DNA from: Candidatus Poribacteria bacterium
GTDB taxonomy: Bacteria > Poribacteria > WGA-4E > WGA-3G
DNA length: 64,000 bases
Direction: 5' to 3'
Assembly (NCBI GenBank): GCA_965214095.1
Contig: OZ243938.1
Coordinates: 4,992,001-5,056,000 of the forward strand
Part shown: piece after piece, positions 40,300 to 51,439 of the stretch
Layout of the letters: the number at the start of each line of letters is the position of its first letter
How positions within the stretch are numbered: the first letter of the stretch is position 1
Program-made: the position numbers and the translations under genes
The notes under the pieces: generated by a model
Database searches by the model: none
The model's input: only the letters and a program-made list of their open reading frames with translations
Told to the model about the DNA's origin: nothing

Positions 40300-40510
40300 T
40301 CTATTAGAAATGGTATAATCTTTGAAACAAAGGGACAACACCTTGAAGGCAACAGCGACACTACATACAAACAAGAACTTATCAAGACATTAGAGTCAGC
40401 GTATAAAAACGCTACAGAATATGGGATGATGGAAGCTACTGATCCTAATGGCTAACCGATGTCTTTTCGCATGTTGCTCAAAGACACTTGGCGCGAGACA
40501 GTGAGGGAGT
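40300..40510 (+). pseudogene. C-terminal scrap resembling a type III restriction Res subunit (endonuclease end)
   Basis: FETKGQHLEGNSDTTYKQEL...G*PMSFRMLLKDTWRE, with an internal stop and no N-terminus. Confidence 0.45.
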
Positions 40511-40680
40511 GCTGTATTGATGCGAAGTTTGTTCCAGCGAAGAAAGGTGGTGGGTGTGTAGGTCCGACAAAATGTTGTAAAGAGACCAAACTGGTAGCGA
40601 TTACAGAAAAACGTGGTAGGTCTGTGAATATTTTAATCACAAGTGCTTCCTATCATGAAATGCGCCTTAGCAACACAGCC
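40511..40680 (+). pseudogene. IS5-family transposase fragment
   Basis: CIDAKFVPAKKGGGCVGPTK..K.TKLVAI...G......SAS.HE..L. Confidence 0.65.
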
Positions 40681-40852
40681 AGATCAGCAATAACCTCTTG
40701 TGACAACCGCATTCAACCCTCATTTTTCGCGAAGGTTTTTATTGTCATTTTTTCCAAAAACACCAAATTATAATGCAATTAATGCAAAATGTTTTTAAGG
40801 ATACTATATTTTCAACCTAACTCATAAATCGTAGACGGGCTTTCTTGCATGG

Positions 40853-40966
40853 GCACCATAGACATCAATTTAGGGGATTTACGCTATAATCTCAGACCGG
40901 TTGGTTCGGTTAGGAAACACCGAACCTACCAGCACGGGAAGGACGCTAAATTGACACCTATGGTGC
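40853..40966. mobile_element. Small MITE carrying a REP
   Basis: TIRs gcaccatagacatcaatttag / ctaaattgacacctatggtgc; internal ggttcggttaggaaacaccgaacctac. Confidence 0.65.
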
Positions 40967-41095
40967 GATATAATAACCCACTGAGCATGCCCAATCCATT
41001 TTAACCTACCAATAAATTTCATTTCAAGTCAACGAAATTCTATTTTTATCGTTTCATAATGCGTAATAAACTAATACAGGAGTTATTGCACTTAA

Positions 41096-43549
41096 ATGAA
41101 AAAACACATTTTAATATATCTATTACTGTTAACTATCACACCGTTACCAGTTTTTGCACAGACAGGCACAATTGAAGGCACAGTCTATAATCAAACAACC
41201 GGAAAACAACTAAAGAATGCAGAAGTACACATCCTTGAAACCGATGAACGTCAGAAAAGTGATGCTGAAGGTAAGGTCTGGTTCACAGGAGTTACACCCG
41301 GAACTTATGCACTCACAATCACACACCCCGATTTTACTACGCCAACAAAAACGACCGTAACAGTAACCGCAGGACATACAACACAGATAAAAATGTCACT
41401 CGGTGAAGTGCTTGAATTAGAAACAGTTGTTGTAGAAGGGGAACGGGTGCCACCAACGGTAAGCCGAAAAGACATTCGTGGGAGTGAACTGCTGCGTATT
41501 GCAGGCGCAGGTACGGATGCCCTCAAAGGATTGACGACACTTCCAAGTATCGGTATTCCAAACGATTTTTTTGGTGTGCTGTATATCCGTGGGAGTGAAC
41601 CAGGTTCTAACCTCTACTACCTTGACCGGACACCACTCGGCTATCCATTTCACTGGGGTGGGTTGCTATCAACGATTAGTTCAGAAACGATTGATACAAT
41701 TGACATCTATGCGGGTGGATATGGAGCACAATTTGGATTAGATTCGCAAGCGGTACTTGACATCCATGCACGTGATAGTATAGGTGAATTGTTTGATGGA
41801 AAGTTTAACATTAATATATGGTATTCAGAAGGTCTACTTGAAGGGAGTATCGGTGACAAGGGATATATGTCGGTTTCTGGTCGTAGGAGTTATCTTGACC
41901 TTATTGTTGGACCGTTACTTGAACAGGAATCAGGATCAGATCAGCAATTCCCATTTTTTTCCGACTATCAACTTAAATTTGCCTACTCGCTAACAGAGAA
42001 GCATCACCTAACAGTCAATGCATTCGCAGCGACAGATCACTTTCACTTTACCTCTGAAGAGTCAACTGATGAAATTGAGATTCCTGATTCAGAATTGGAT
42101 GAAAGTGAGCCCCCTGTTACAGAATCCGAGCCCTTTACATCTACAATCTTTTTCAAAAACGGTTTTAGTGGTCAAGGCATCCATCTCCGTTCAAACTTCA
42201 GTGAGAATCTCAAATCACATCTATCGCTGACACGATCACTTAATTACCTTGATATTAACTTATACGCTACAATTTCGCAAGCTACTACTTATAATGAAGA
42301 TGGCATGTTAATTGATAGTTCTACAGAATCGGCTGAATATCAATTAAAAGTGGACGTTCCGGTTTATACCCTCCGTGAAGACCTGTCATATAAATTGACA
42401 CCTACACTTCAACTTGAACCGGGATTTCTGTTTGCATTCAGTCCTGCCGATAGTACTGAACACTCCAGTTATCCTGCATTTGAAGAACTCTTTGAAGAAG
42501 ATAGAATTGAACAGGTACAACGGACGACTCCATCCGATATAGAGTATGACGAAGATGGTAAAGCTTTTCTACGGACGACGAAAACAAGTGATTATGAATT
42601 TGGACATGACTTGCAACGCACTGAAGGTTATCTCCAAGCACGATACGACGCATCCGAGATACTTTCATTTGCATTTGGACTCAGACTGGATTATCTCAAT
42701 CTGATTGATCAAGTTTCTGTTCAGCCACGTGGTAGTGTGAGTTTCAAACTGCCGATTGGTTCTAATCTGCGTTTCGCTTACGGACATTATGAACAGAGTC
42801 CGCTTCTTTCTCAGCTGCTATCGGAGAATGGAAACCCTGCATTAAAATCAAGTCTCAACCAACACTATATTATGGAGATAGAGCATGAACTCTCATCTCA
42901 AACTGAAGTCAAGTTTGCGACATATTACAAAGATGTCCGAAAGTTAATAACTGAGGATGCAGTTGACAACTATCTTAATCAAGGCTATGGATATGTTGGG
43001 GGTATAGAAGGATTTCTACGGTATAGGGTGCCAGATAAATTCTTCGGTTGGATTTCCTATGCATACACGCACGCAGAACGTAAGGACAAGCCTGATGTCT
43101 CATATCAACCGTATCTTTTTGATAACACCCACATCGTTAGCATTGTGGCGAACTATAGTTTCAGTTCAGATTTTGAAGTGGGCGCGAAATGGCAATACTT
43201 AAGTGGAACATCTGAAGCACCAATTAGCACAATTGTTCTTATTCAAGACCCTGTGACACGTGGGTTAAATCCACTGTTTGCCGATTTTGACAAAGCACTG
43301 AGCGCAAAACTTAACCCATACCATAGATTAGATTTTCGTGTTAGCAGAAAGTGGAACATTTTTGGTATGAAGGTCGGAGGCTTTCTTGAACTGTTGAATG
43401 TCTACAATCGAGAAAACACGTTTGAGTTTATTCTTGAAGAGGGTACATTTGAGATACAGGGTGAGGAAATCGAAATTGAAGAACAAGAAGTCGGTGAAAG
43501 TGGTCAAATACCACGTCTGATATATTTCGGTTTGACATTAGATTTTTGA
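41096..43549 (+). CDS. TonB-dependent receptor with N-terminal carboxypeptidase-regulatory-like domain
   Basis: Signal peptide; plug LYIRG..P..NLYYLD; IDIYAGGYGAQFG; C-terminal F. Confidence 0.9.
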   Translation: MKKHILIYLLLLTITPLPVFAQTGTIEGTVYNQTTGKQLKNAEVHILETDERQKSDAEGKVWFTGVTPGTYALTITHPDFTTPTKTTVTVTAGHTTQIKMSLGEVLELETVVVEGERVPPTVSRKDIRGSELLRIAGAGTDALKGLTTLPSIGIPNDFFGVLYIRGSEPGSNLYYLDRTPLGYPFHWGGLLSTISSETIDTIDIYAGGYGAQFGLDSQAVLDIHARDSIGELFDGKFNINIWYSEGLLEGSIGDKGYMSVSGRRSYLDLIVGPLLEQESGSDQQFPFFSDYQLKFAYSLTEKHHLTVNAFAATDHFHFTSEESTDEIEIPDSELDESEPPVTESEPFTSTIFFKNGFSGQGIHLRSNFSENLKSHLSLTRSLNYLDINLYATISQATTYNEDGMLIDSSTESAEYQLKVDVPVYTLREDLSYKLTPTLQLEPGFLFAFSPADSTEHSSYPAFEELFEEDRIEQVQRTTPSDIEYDEDGKAFLRTTKTSDYEFGHDLQRTEGYLQARYDASEILSFAFGLRLDYLNLIDQVSVQPRGSVSFKLPIGSNLRFAYGHYEQSPLLSQLLSENGNPALKSSLNQHYIMEIEHELSSQTEVKFATYYKDVRKLITEDAVDNYLNQGYGYVGGIEGFLRYRVPDKFFGWISYAYTHAERKDKPDVSYQPYLFDNTHIVSIVANYSFSSDFEVGAKWQYLSGTSEAPISTIVLIQDPVTRGLNPLFADFDKALSAKLNPYHRLDFRVSRKWNIFGMKVGGFLELLNVYNRENTFEFILEEGTFEIQGEEIEIEEQEVGESGQIPRLIYFGLTLDF

Positions 43550-43642
43550 TAGGCGCATGTTTGACAATATTTGTGGCATTTATCGCATTAGAAATTGTAT
43601 AATTCAACTATAATGACATATTGAGAATAGGAGTTACATATC

Positions 43643-45868
43643 ATGAAGGAGTTTTTCTGTCTACTGATGGTTCTGCTAATTCCAGCAGTTGCCTTTTCTA
43701 ATATAGGTGTGATCAATGGTACTGTCTATAGTCGTGAAACAGATGAACCGTTAGCAGGAGCAGAGGTACAAATCATTGGAATTGAGGGAAGCAAAACAAC
43801 CGACGAAACAGGTTCGTTCTCGTTCATGGATATACCCAAGGGAGAATATACTCTATCAATAACTTTTCCTGGTACTGAAATAGAAGAAAAGATAACTATA
43901 ATCGTTCAGGAAGGGAAAAATCTTACACCTACAATCTACATTGATGCTGTTGCGTACGATCTTGAGGGTGTAGAAATCAAAACGAAACGCGAACCGAAAC
44001 CGGTCATCAAGAGAAGTCTTCAAGCCAAGGAAATCACACGTATTCCTGGCACAGCGGGAGATGCCCTACGCGCATTGCCGGCAATTCCAGGTATCGGTGT
44101 AGCGAACGATTTTAGTGGGGCACTTTATATCCGTGGTGGTTCAGATGAGGATAATCTCTATTACTTTGACCGCGTTCCTGTTGGCTATCCTTACCATTTT
44201 GGTGGACTTGTTTCGTCATTAAGTTCCGAGATTATTGAAAGAATTGATGTTTATGCAGGTGGTTATGGTGCCGAATTTGGCGTAGATTCTCAAGCGGTGA
44301 TAGACATCTATTCTCAAAACAGCAGCCCAGAAAACCTACGTGGAAAGTTCAATCTCAACCTATTATATTCAGAAGGATTACTCCAAGGAAAAATCGGAGA
44401 AAAAGGATATTGGTATGCTGCTGGACGTAGAAGTTATATTGACCTTTTCATTGGCTCTCTATCTTTTGCAACAGGTGCAATCACTGCGTTTCCACGATTT
44501 TGGGATTACCAATTGAAAGCTGGATACGACTTGAATGAGAAACATCAACTGTTTTTTAATCTGTTCGCTTCAGGAGATAGGTTTGCCGTTCGATTAGATG
44601 GGGCAAATGTAGACGAAGATTTCAGAGGAAATACCAGTTTTGAAAGTGGATTTGAAGGTGCGGGAATACATTTCCGTTCCTCACTTACGGATAGACTTAC
44701 CTCCTATCTATCCTTTACACGTTCAAATTTCTTATTTGATGTCAACTTTGGACCTTTGATCTCGCTTAATATTGATGCCCCAAATTATACGCTCAGAGAA
44801 GACCTTACCTATGAGTTAAACGAGAAAAATCGGTTGGAAACAGGACTGATTGTCGGTCTTGAACCGGGAGAAGTTTCTGGTACTTTCACACGAATACCGG
44901 ATGAAGGTGAAATTGAGTATGATATCCGGTTTGAAGCAAAGAGGACAATAGACGAGAAAGTTCGAGGGCAACGCATAGAAAGTTACTTACAGAACAGGTA
45001 TAATGTGTTGCCATTTTTATCTGTTGTGTATGGGTTAAGAGTTGACTATTTTAACCGGATAGACGAACTTACAATACAACCACGCGGGAGTTTAAGACTT
45101 GAATTACCCAACAGTTCGGAACTCCAATTTGCTTACGGCATATATAATCAAACACCTATTCCGGCGCAACTTTCGGATAGCGTTGGTAATCCAAATTTAA
45201 AATCCAGTCAGGCGAGTCATTATATCCTTGAGCTTAAACGTGAGTTGTCTCCTGATACAGAAATCAAGATAGCTGCCTATTACAAAGATCTGATTAACTT
45301 AGTGACATCTGACGACATTGCTGTTTTTCTAAATCAAGGTGAGGGTTATGCACAAGGCACAGAAGTATTTCTAAGACATCAAAGTGGGGACAAGTTTTTC
45401 GGTTGGATATCTTATGCTTATGCACTTTCAAAACGACGTGACCGCGATGGCGAACCCTATCGTTACTATTCGTTTGATCAAACACACGTGGCTACTATTG
45501 CAGGAAGTTATAATCTGACACCGACGTGGGAATTCGGCGCGAAATGGCAGTATCGCACGGGTAATCCATATACACCTGTTGAAAGTGCAAAACGGGTGCC
45601 CGATCCAAGATTGAACGGCAAATGGATCTATCTTCCAGAATATGGAGAGACGAACTCAGGAAGATTACCACCTTATCATCGGTTGGACTTGCGGGTGAGT
45701 AAATCCTTCAGATTCAACAGTTGGGGATTTGGCATCTTTTTGGAACTACTCAACGCCTATAACCGTAAAAATCTGCTGGATTATCAATATGAAGATGATT
45801 ATTCCGATAAAAGCGCAATTAATCAATTGCCTATTATTCCTTATTTAGGCATTACAGCCGAATTCTAA
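43643..45868 (+). CDS. TonB-dependent receptor, paralog 2
   Basis: Same plug motifs; RLPPYHRLDLRV; ends AEF. Confidence 0.9.
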   Translation: MKEFFCLLMVLLIPAVAFSNIGVINGTVYSRETDEPLAGAEVQIIGIEGSKTTDETGSFSFMDIPKGEYTLSITFPGTEIEEKITIIVQEGKNLTPTIYIDAVAYDLEGVEIKTKREPKPVIKRSLQAKEITRIPGTAGDALRALPAIPGIGVANDFSGALYIRGGSDEDNLYYFDRVPVGYPYHFGGLVSSLSSEIIERIDVYAGGYGAEFGVDSQAVIDIYSQNSSPENLRGKFNLNLLYSEGLLQGKIGEKGYWYAAGRRSYIDLFIGSLSFATGAITAFPRFWDYQLKAGYDLNEKHQLFFNLFASGDRFAVRLDGANVDEDFRGNTSFESGFEGAGIHFRSSLTDRLTSYLSFTRSNFLFDVNFGPLISLNIDAPNYTLREDLTYELNEKNRLETGLIVGLEPGEVSGTFTRIPDEGEIEYDIRFEAKRTIDEKVRGQRIESYLQNRYNVLPFLSVVYGLRVDYFNRIDELTIQPRGSLRLELPNSSELQFAYGIYNQTPIPAQLSDSVGNPNLKSSQASHYILELKRELSPDTEIKIAAYYKDLINLVTSDDIAVFLNQGEGYAQGTEVFLRHQSGDKFFGWISYAYALSKRRDRDGEPYRYYSFDQTHVATIAGSYNLTPTWEFGAKWQYRTGNPYTPVESAKRVPDPRLNGKWIYLPEYGETNSGRLPPYHRLDLRVSKSFRFNSWGFGIFLELLNAYNRKNLLDYQYEDDYSDKSAINQLPIIPYLGITAEF

Positions 45869-47967
45869 TGTATTTTCTTGAGACTAAAACAGTGAAATTA
45901 AGCCTCATCTTATTACTTCTTATTCTTCCAATCACTGTTTTAGCACAAGAAGATGACCCAGTACAAGATGAAATATCGGAAGATATTATCACACTCCCAC
46001 CTGTAGTCAAGATAGAAGAGCGGATTGAAAGGAAACAACGGCACACACTTGGCGGCAAATCAATTACAAGTGCTGTAGGAAGTGGTGGTGATCCGCTGCG
46101 CGCCTTAAATCAACTCCCCAGTGTCGGCACACTCAATGATTTTGTAGGTATCCTATCCGTACGTGGTGGCGACCCTGAAGATAATATCTACTATTTTGAT
46201 CGGTTGCCTTTAGGATATCCCTATCATCTATACGGCATCGTCTCCACAGTGAATGCTGATGTGCTACAAAAAATAGATGTATATCCTGGTGGATACGGTG
46301 TGCAGTATGGTGCCGACTCTCAAGCAGTGATTGATATACATTCGCGCGGTAATACTGATAAACGTGTAGCTGGAAAACTCAATCTGAATCCTGTCTACTC
46401 TCAATCGTTTCTTGAAGGGAGTATAGGAGGAAACCGTGGATATTGGTATGTATTTGGTCGTCGGAGTTTTATGGGACCACTTTTTGAACTATTACCGATA
46501 TTGCTGGAGGTTGATGATGATCTGGTTACAGAAGTGCCAAGATTCTGGAGTTATCAAGGAAAGGTAGTCTACCAATTAAGTAAGTACAATAGATTGGTTG
46601 TGAATGCTATTGCAGCAGACGATTCTGCCAAATTTCGTTTTACTGAAGATGAGGTCTCTGATAGCGATCTACGAGGTCCACTGAATTCAGAAAACCCTTT
46701 TGATTCCCAAGGCATCCATTTCCATTCTGAAAAAGAAGAGACATTCAGTTCCGTTGTTTCTCTAACACGGTCATTTTCGCGCACACAACTTGAATATGGC
46801 GATGGCTACTTCTATAAAGATTCGGATAGTGTGTATTCGCTCCGAGGGGATCTTCAGTATTGGGTAGAATTTCCGAAGACACTCATAGAATCAGGTTTTG
46901 ATATTGCCAGTGTGCCATCAAATCTTACAAGTATTGGTGCACGACCACTTGAAGAAGGTGATTGGGATTTTGACTTCAGGTTGAAACAGGATGGCGAAAA
47001 GGTGCATACCACATCGTCTCAAGTCTTGCATCGGCTTGAAGGATATTTGCAAGGAACGCAAGATCTGTTTTCAGCTCGTTATGTTGACTTATTTGGCACC
47101 GTAGGGTTGCGGACAACCTACTATAACCTGATTGATAGTTTTTATATTCAACCACGCGGTCAATTCGGCTTAACTCTCGGTCCTGATAATACAAGTGCTT
47201 ACGGATTATCGCTTCTACCTGTTGACCTCCGTTTTATGTATGGTAAATATGTTCAGAACCCGCAACTTTATCAAGTTGTTTTTGGCAATGACAATCCGGA
47301 TATTGCACCGAGCCATGCCACACATTATGTTGTTGCAATAGAGAAAAGATTGACTGCTGAAACGAGGATTGAGGTTGCAGGATATTACAAAAATCTACAG
47401 GACATGATTACCTTCAACCTTGCTGAAAAACGTTATGAAAATCAGCGGACAGGTTCTGTGAGAGGCATTGAATTCTCGTTGGAACACGAAATAGGGGATG
47501 TGTTTCGCGGATGGTTGGCGTATTCCTATACTTTGTCAAGAAGACGTGATTCCCATAAAGAAAAAGAAAGAGATTTTATGTATAGTACCCCGCACGTTAT
47601 GTCTGTTGGGTTGAACTACACATATTCTACTTTGGAATTCGGTGCTAATTGGCAATACAAAAGCGGTATATTATATGCACCCTTGGCAGACAGAGAACGT
47701 TATACAAACCCCTTTACCAAAAATGAGACATGGATTCCTGTCTATGGCGAACTACAACGCGCAGAAGCCTATCACCGTTTAGATCTGCGTATTCATTGGT
47801 CTGTCTTGAGAATAAATAGATTCAAGTGCGGATTTACAGCAGAAATCTGGAATGCATATAATCGCACAAACATTCTTCAAGTGCGTTATAATGCTAACTA
47901 TACGAAAGAGGTCCCTGTTGCACAACTACCCTTGATTCCCTTCCTTGCGTTTACAGTGGAATACTGA
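45868..47967 (+). CDS. TonB-dependent receptor, paralog 3 (lacks the N-terminal extension)
   Basis: LSVRGGDPEDNIYYFD; YHRLDLR; ends VEY. Confidence 0.9.
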   Translation: MYFLETKTVKLSLILLLLILPITVLAQEDDPVQDEISEDIITLPPVVKIEERIERKQRHTLGGKSITSAVGSGGDPLRALNQLPSVGTLNDFVGILSVRGGDPEDNIYYFDRLPLGYPYHLYGIVSTVNADVLQKIDVYPGGYGVQYGADSQAVIDIHSRGNTDKRVAGKLNLNPVYSQSFLEGSIGGNRGYWYVFGRRSFMGPLFELLPILLEVDDDLVTEVPRFWSYQGKVVYQLSKYNRLVVNAIAADDSAKFRFTEDEVSDSDLRGPLNSENPFDSQGIHFHSEKEETFSSVVSLTRSFSRTQLEYGDGYFYKDSDSVYSLRGDLQYWVEFPKTLIESGFDIASVPSNLTSIGARPLEEGDWDFDFRLKQDGEKVHTTSSQVLHRLEGYLQGTQDLFSARYVDLFGTVGLRTTYYNLIDSFYIQPRGQFGLTLGPDNTSAYGLSLLPVDLRFMYGKYVQNPQLYQVVFGNDNPDIAPSHATHYVVAIEKRLTAETRIEVAGYYKNLQDMITFNLAEKRYENQRTGSVRGIEFSLEHEIGDVFRGWLAYSYTLSRRRDSHKEKERDFMYSTPHVMSVGLNYTYSTLEFGANWQYKSGILYAPLADRERYTNPFTKNETWIPVYGELQRAEAYHRLDLRIHWSVLRINRFKCGFTAEIWNAYNRTNILQVRYNANYTKEVPVAQLPLIPFLAFTVEY

Positions 47968-48058
47968 TATTCTACCAACTCATTTTCTATAATCCAATTT
48001 CCCACCAATTGCGTCATATACTTTATAAAGACTCTCTATATTCAAGGAGGCAGCGCAT

Positions 48059-50290
48059 TTGGTCAAATCTTTATTTTCTTTCCAACATTTTTTAATTATC
48101 AGAACTTTCCTTTTTCTCTCCATTTATTCCTTACTTTCTATTTCTATTGTATTTGCCGAATCAACGGACTACCAGATTAAAGCATACCGCACTTATGAGA
48201 GTGTTGAAATTGACGGTGAACTCAACGAAGCGGATTGGCAGAAAGCAGATGCTATCAAACAGTTTGTGCAAATAGAACCTTTTGAAGGTGAAAGCAGTTC
48301 TGAACCGATGGAGGTACGGATTCTTTACGACGATGAGAATATCTATATCGGATTTATCTGTTATGATTCACAGATGTCAAAACTGATTGCCAATGAGATG
48401 CGTAGAGATGCGCGCGACATACACGAAAATGACAATGTCTTTATTTTGATGGATACATACAACGATAAACGGAGTGGTTTCTTCTTCCGTGCTAACGCAT
48501 TAGGAGCCATACAGGATAGGGTGATAACGAATAACGGAGATACGCTCAACAATGACTGGGATGCTGTTGTGGCATGTAAGTCCAAAATCCATGAGACATC
48601 ATGGACGACTGAGTTGAGCATTCCATTTAGCCAGTTACGTTTCAAAAAAAGCGACCCAATGCAGTGGGGTCTTAATGTGGGACGCGAGTTGATACGGAAT
48701 CAAGAGGAATCCGTATGGGCTCCTGTGCCTGCCTCCTACGGTGGTTTAGCCAAGTATCGAACTACAAACTTGGGGACACTTGTCGGTTTAGATGGTATTT
48801 CTCCCGCACGGAATATAGAATTATTGCCTTATGTCCTACCCGGCATAACACAGAATACCGATGATAATGCCGTGTATGAGACGACTCGTCAATTCAAACT
48901 CGGATTTGATGCGAAGTATGCTATTACACCAAACCTTATCAGCGATATTACCTATAACACAGATTTTGCACAGGTTGAAGCAGATCAGGAACAGGTTAAC
49001 CTAACACGTTTCAATCTCTTTTTTCCCGAAAAACGCACCTTCTTTTTGGAAGGTGCAGGACTTTTTGATTTTGGCATACCGAGGCAGAGTTTTCGTCGTC
49101 CACCCCCAATGCTTCTGTTTTACAGTAGACGTATTGGGTTGGAAGAAGGTAACGCCATTCCGATTATCTTCGGTGGTAAAGCAAGCGGCAAGGTGGGTTC
49201 TTATGGTATCGGATTTTTGAATGTGCTTACCGATGAATTCTATACGGAAGTGGATGATGAAGATCCGATTGATATACCCTACAACAATTATTCTGTCCTG
49301 CGTATAACAAAAGATGGTGCTGCGGGGTCACGGTTCGGTTTTATTGCAGTGAACAAGGATGAAGTTGGAGACTACAACCGCGCAGGTGGATTTGATTTTG
49401 AGTTTCGTCCGAACGATAGTATTGATGTACGGGGTATGTGGGCACGAACATTTACACCTAATATGTCGGGACGGAATAATGCTTGGTATTTAGGGACAAA
49501 ATGGCGAAATGATGTCTTTAGATTCGGCGCGTCATACACGGATATTGACGAAGATTTTGATCCTGCTGTCGGTTTTGTCAGAGACCCAGGTGTTCGGAAT
49601 ATGAGAGCTGATCTTCGGTGGGCACCCCGACCAAATAAATACGGAATTCGTGAAATGTGGTCAGGACCTGAAGTCAATTACATCCTCACTCAAGAAAATG
49701 AATTAGACCGTTGGAATCTCTCATACACACATTGGACATCGTTCACAACTAACGATTCAATCATGATTAATGTAAGAAGTAGATTTGAACGGCTTGATGA
49801 AGATTTTGAAATTCGTGAGGATGTGATTATCCCAATTGGAGAATACCGATTCAGCACAATCGGAGGACGTTTTTCAACGAGCGATAGTCGAATAGTCAGT
49901 TCCACAGTTGGTTTTGAATTAGGGAATTTTTATAATGGACAAATTCGTAAATTTTTTGTTGATGGAAATCTAAAACCGAATGGACAGATCAGTATAAATG
50001 TGGACTACGAATTTAATCGCGTCAATCTACCCAATAATTCTTTTGATGCGAACCTTTTTTCTGGTAGATTCAACTATTCCTTTTCAACCACACTGTTTGC
50101 CAAGTTATTTGCACAGTGGAATACTGAAGCACAAGTTATTTCAACCAACCTTCTGATTAACTATATCTATCGTCCGGGGAGTGATTTCTATTTTGTTTTC
50201 AATCAATCTTATGACACAGACCCGGCTACGAAGGCAGTGCTACGGAGTTCTACGGTAGTGGCAAAAATGACGTTTTGGTGGAATCCTTAG
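48059..50290 (+). CDS. CBM9-like + DUF5916 outer-membrane protein
   Basis: IDGELNEADW; DWDAV...WTTE..IPFSQLRF; NTDFAQVEAD...NLTRFNLFFPEKR.FFLEG. Confidence 0.85.
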   Translation: MVKSLFSFQHFLIIRTFLFLSIYSLLSISIVFAESTDYQIKAYRTYESVEIDGELNEADWQKADAIKQFVQIEPFEGESSSEPMEVRILYDDENIYIGFICYDSQMSKLIANEMRRDARDIHENDNVFILMDTYNDKRSGFFFRANALGAIQDRVITNNGDTLNNDWDAVVACKSKIHETSWTTELSIPFSQLRFKKSDPMQWGLNVGRELIRNQEESVWAPVPASYGGLAKYRTTNLGTLVGLDGISPARNIELLPYVLPGITQNTDDNAVYETTRQFKLGFDAKYAITPNLISDITYNTDFAQVEADQEQVNLTRFNLFFPEKRTFFLEGAGLFDFGIPRQSFRRPPPMLLFYSRRIGLEEGNAIPIIFGGKASGKVGSYGIGFLNVLTDEFYTEVDDEDPIDIPYNNYSVLRITKDGAAGSRFGFIAVNKDEVGDYNRAGGFDFEFRPNDSIDVRGMWARTFTPNMSGRNNAWYLGTKWRNDVFRFGASYTDIDEDFDPAVGFVRDPGVRNMRADLRWAPRPNKYGIREMWSGPEVNYILTQENELDRWNLSYTHWTSFTTNDSIMINVRSRFERLDEDFEIREDVIIPIGEYRFSTIGGRFSTSDSRIVSSTVGFELGNFYNGQIRKFFVDGNLKPNGQISINVDYEFNRVNLPNNSFDANLFSGRFNYSFSTTLFAKLFAQWNTEAQVISTNLLINYIYRPGSDFYFVFNQSYDTDPATKAVLRSSTVVAKMTFWWNP

Positions 50291-50306
50291 TAAGAAAATT
50301 AAATAG

Positions 50307-50335
50307 TTGACATATCAATTTATTAATGATATAAT
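50307..50335 (+). promoter_or_regulatory. Consensus sigma70 promoter upstream of tonB
   Basis: TTGACA-17 bp-TATAAT with extended -10 TGn. Confidence 0.75.
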
Positions 50336-50427
50336 TGTATCTTAAACAGAATTATGATATAATTCCATGTGAAAAGCTTATTTCCAATAACGATTGATTT
50401 TACGAACTATCTCATAAACTCCGGTAA

Positions 50428-51435
50428 GTGTGTTCGTTGAAAGCGCGCTATCGACATCACGAGATAACTGTAAGGAGAAAAGAGATGAGTAGAAGTTCCG
50501 ATATCGTATCACAAATCCACAAACGCAGAGCTGATCGGAAAAAACCAAAAGTCAACGCGAAGTTGAAAACGGTCAGCATTGCTGAGAGTCAGGCAAGTGG
50601 ACTTGCAACTGCAAGCGAGAATAAACCACCGCCGATTACTCTTCAGAAAACAGGCGGCCGAAACTCTGCTGCGTTAACATTTTCTATTGGATTGCATGTC
50701 CTGATAGCAGTTGTTTTAGGGATTATTGTTATCAAGGATCAAGTAGCAACGGGGACAGAAGAGTTAGCAGCAGCTTTAATCCCTCAAGATCTACCGCAGA
50801 AAAAACGGGTTATTGCCACGAATCGTCCAAAAGTAACATTTAAAGCACAAGATAATGTTGTTGAGACACCAATTAAACGTGCAGTCCCAACAAATCCAAG
50901 AATCCCGAATCCATTGGGAGGTCCCACACTTCCCAGTGCTCCTGACGCAACTTTCGCTCCTGTTGGACCTTCGTTGAATGAAGGGCCTAAACTTATAGGA
51001 CCTTCTACTGGATTGAGACGACCGATTCAACCCACACAAACTAATGTAAAACCTACATTGGATAGACCAACCTCACAGGGTGGTCCAATTATTGACCTTG
51101 ATATCCCAGAATCCGCTGATGGACCCACCTTAAAAGTACCTGAAATTACCGTGACAGAACAAGGAATGACTGCCCCGAGACCCAAAAACCAAGTGAAACC
51201 AACCTATCCTAAAAATGCCAGACGCGCACAGAAGGAAGGGAAAGTCGTGCTACAGGCAACTATCGGATTAGATGGGATTCCGAAAGATATTGTTGCTTTA
51301 ACTACACTCGGTTTCGGTTTTGAACAGGCTGCAATTGCTGCGTTGAAAAAGACAAGATATTTTCCAGCAGAGAAAAACGGGAAAAAAGTTGAAGGCAGGT
51401 TCAATATTCCTTTTGAATTCGAATTAGAAGACTAA
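50428..51435 (+). CDS. tonB: Energy transducer TonB (likely start ATG 50485)
   Basis: TM with SIGLH motif, Pro-rich linker, C-terminal YP..AR....EGKV.L...I...G...F..AA..A. Confidence 0.85.
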   Translation: MCSLKARYRHHEITVRRKEMSRSSDIVSQIHKRRADRKKPKVNAKLKTVSIAESQASGLATASENKPPPITLQKTGGRNSAALTFSIGLHVLIAVVLGIIVIKDQVATGTEELAAALIPQDLPQKKRVIATNRPKVTFKAQDNVVETPIKRAVPTNPRIPNPLGGPTLPSAPDATFAPVGPSLNEGPKLIGPSTGLRRPIQPTQTNVKPTLDRPTSQGGPIIDLDIPESADGPTLKVPEITVTEQGMTAPRPKNQVKPTYPKNARRAQKEGKVVLQATIGLDGIPKDIVALTTLGFGFEQAAIAALKKTRYFPAEKNGKKVEGRFNIPFEFELED

Positions 51436-51439
51436 GGTC

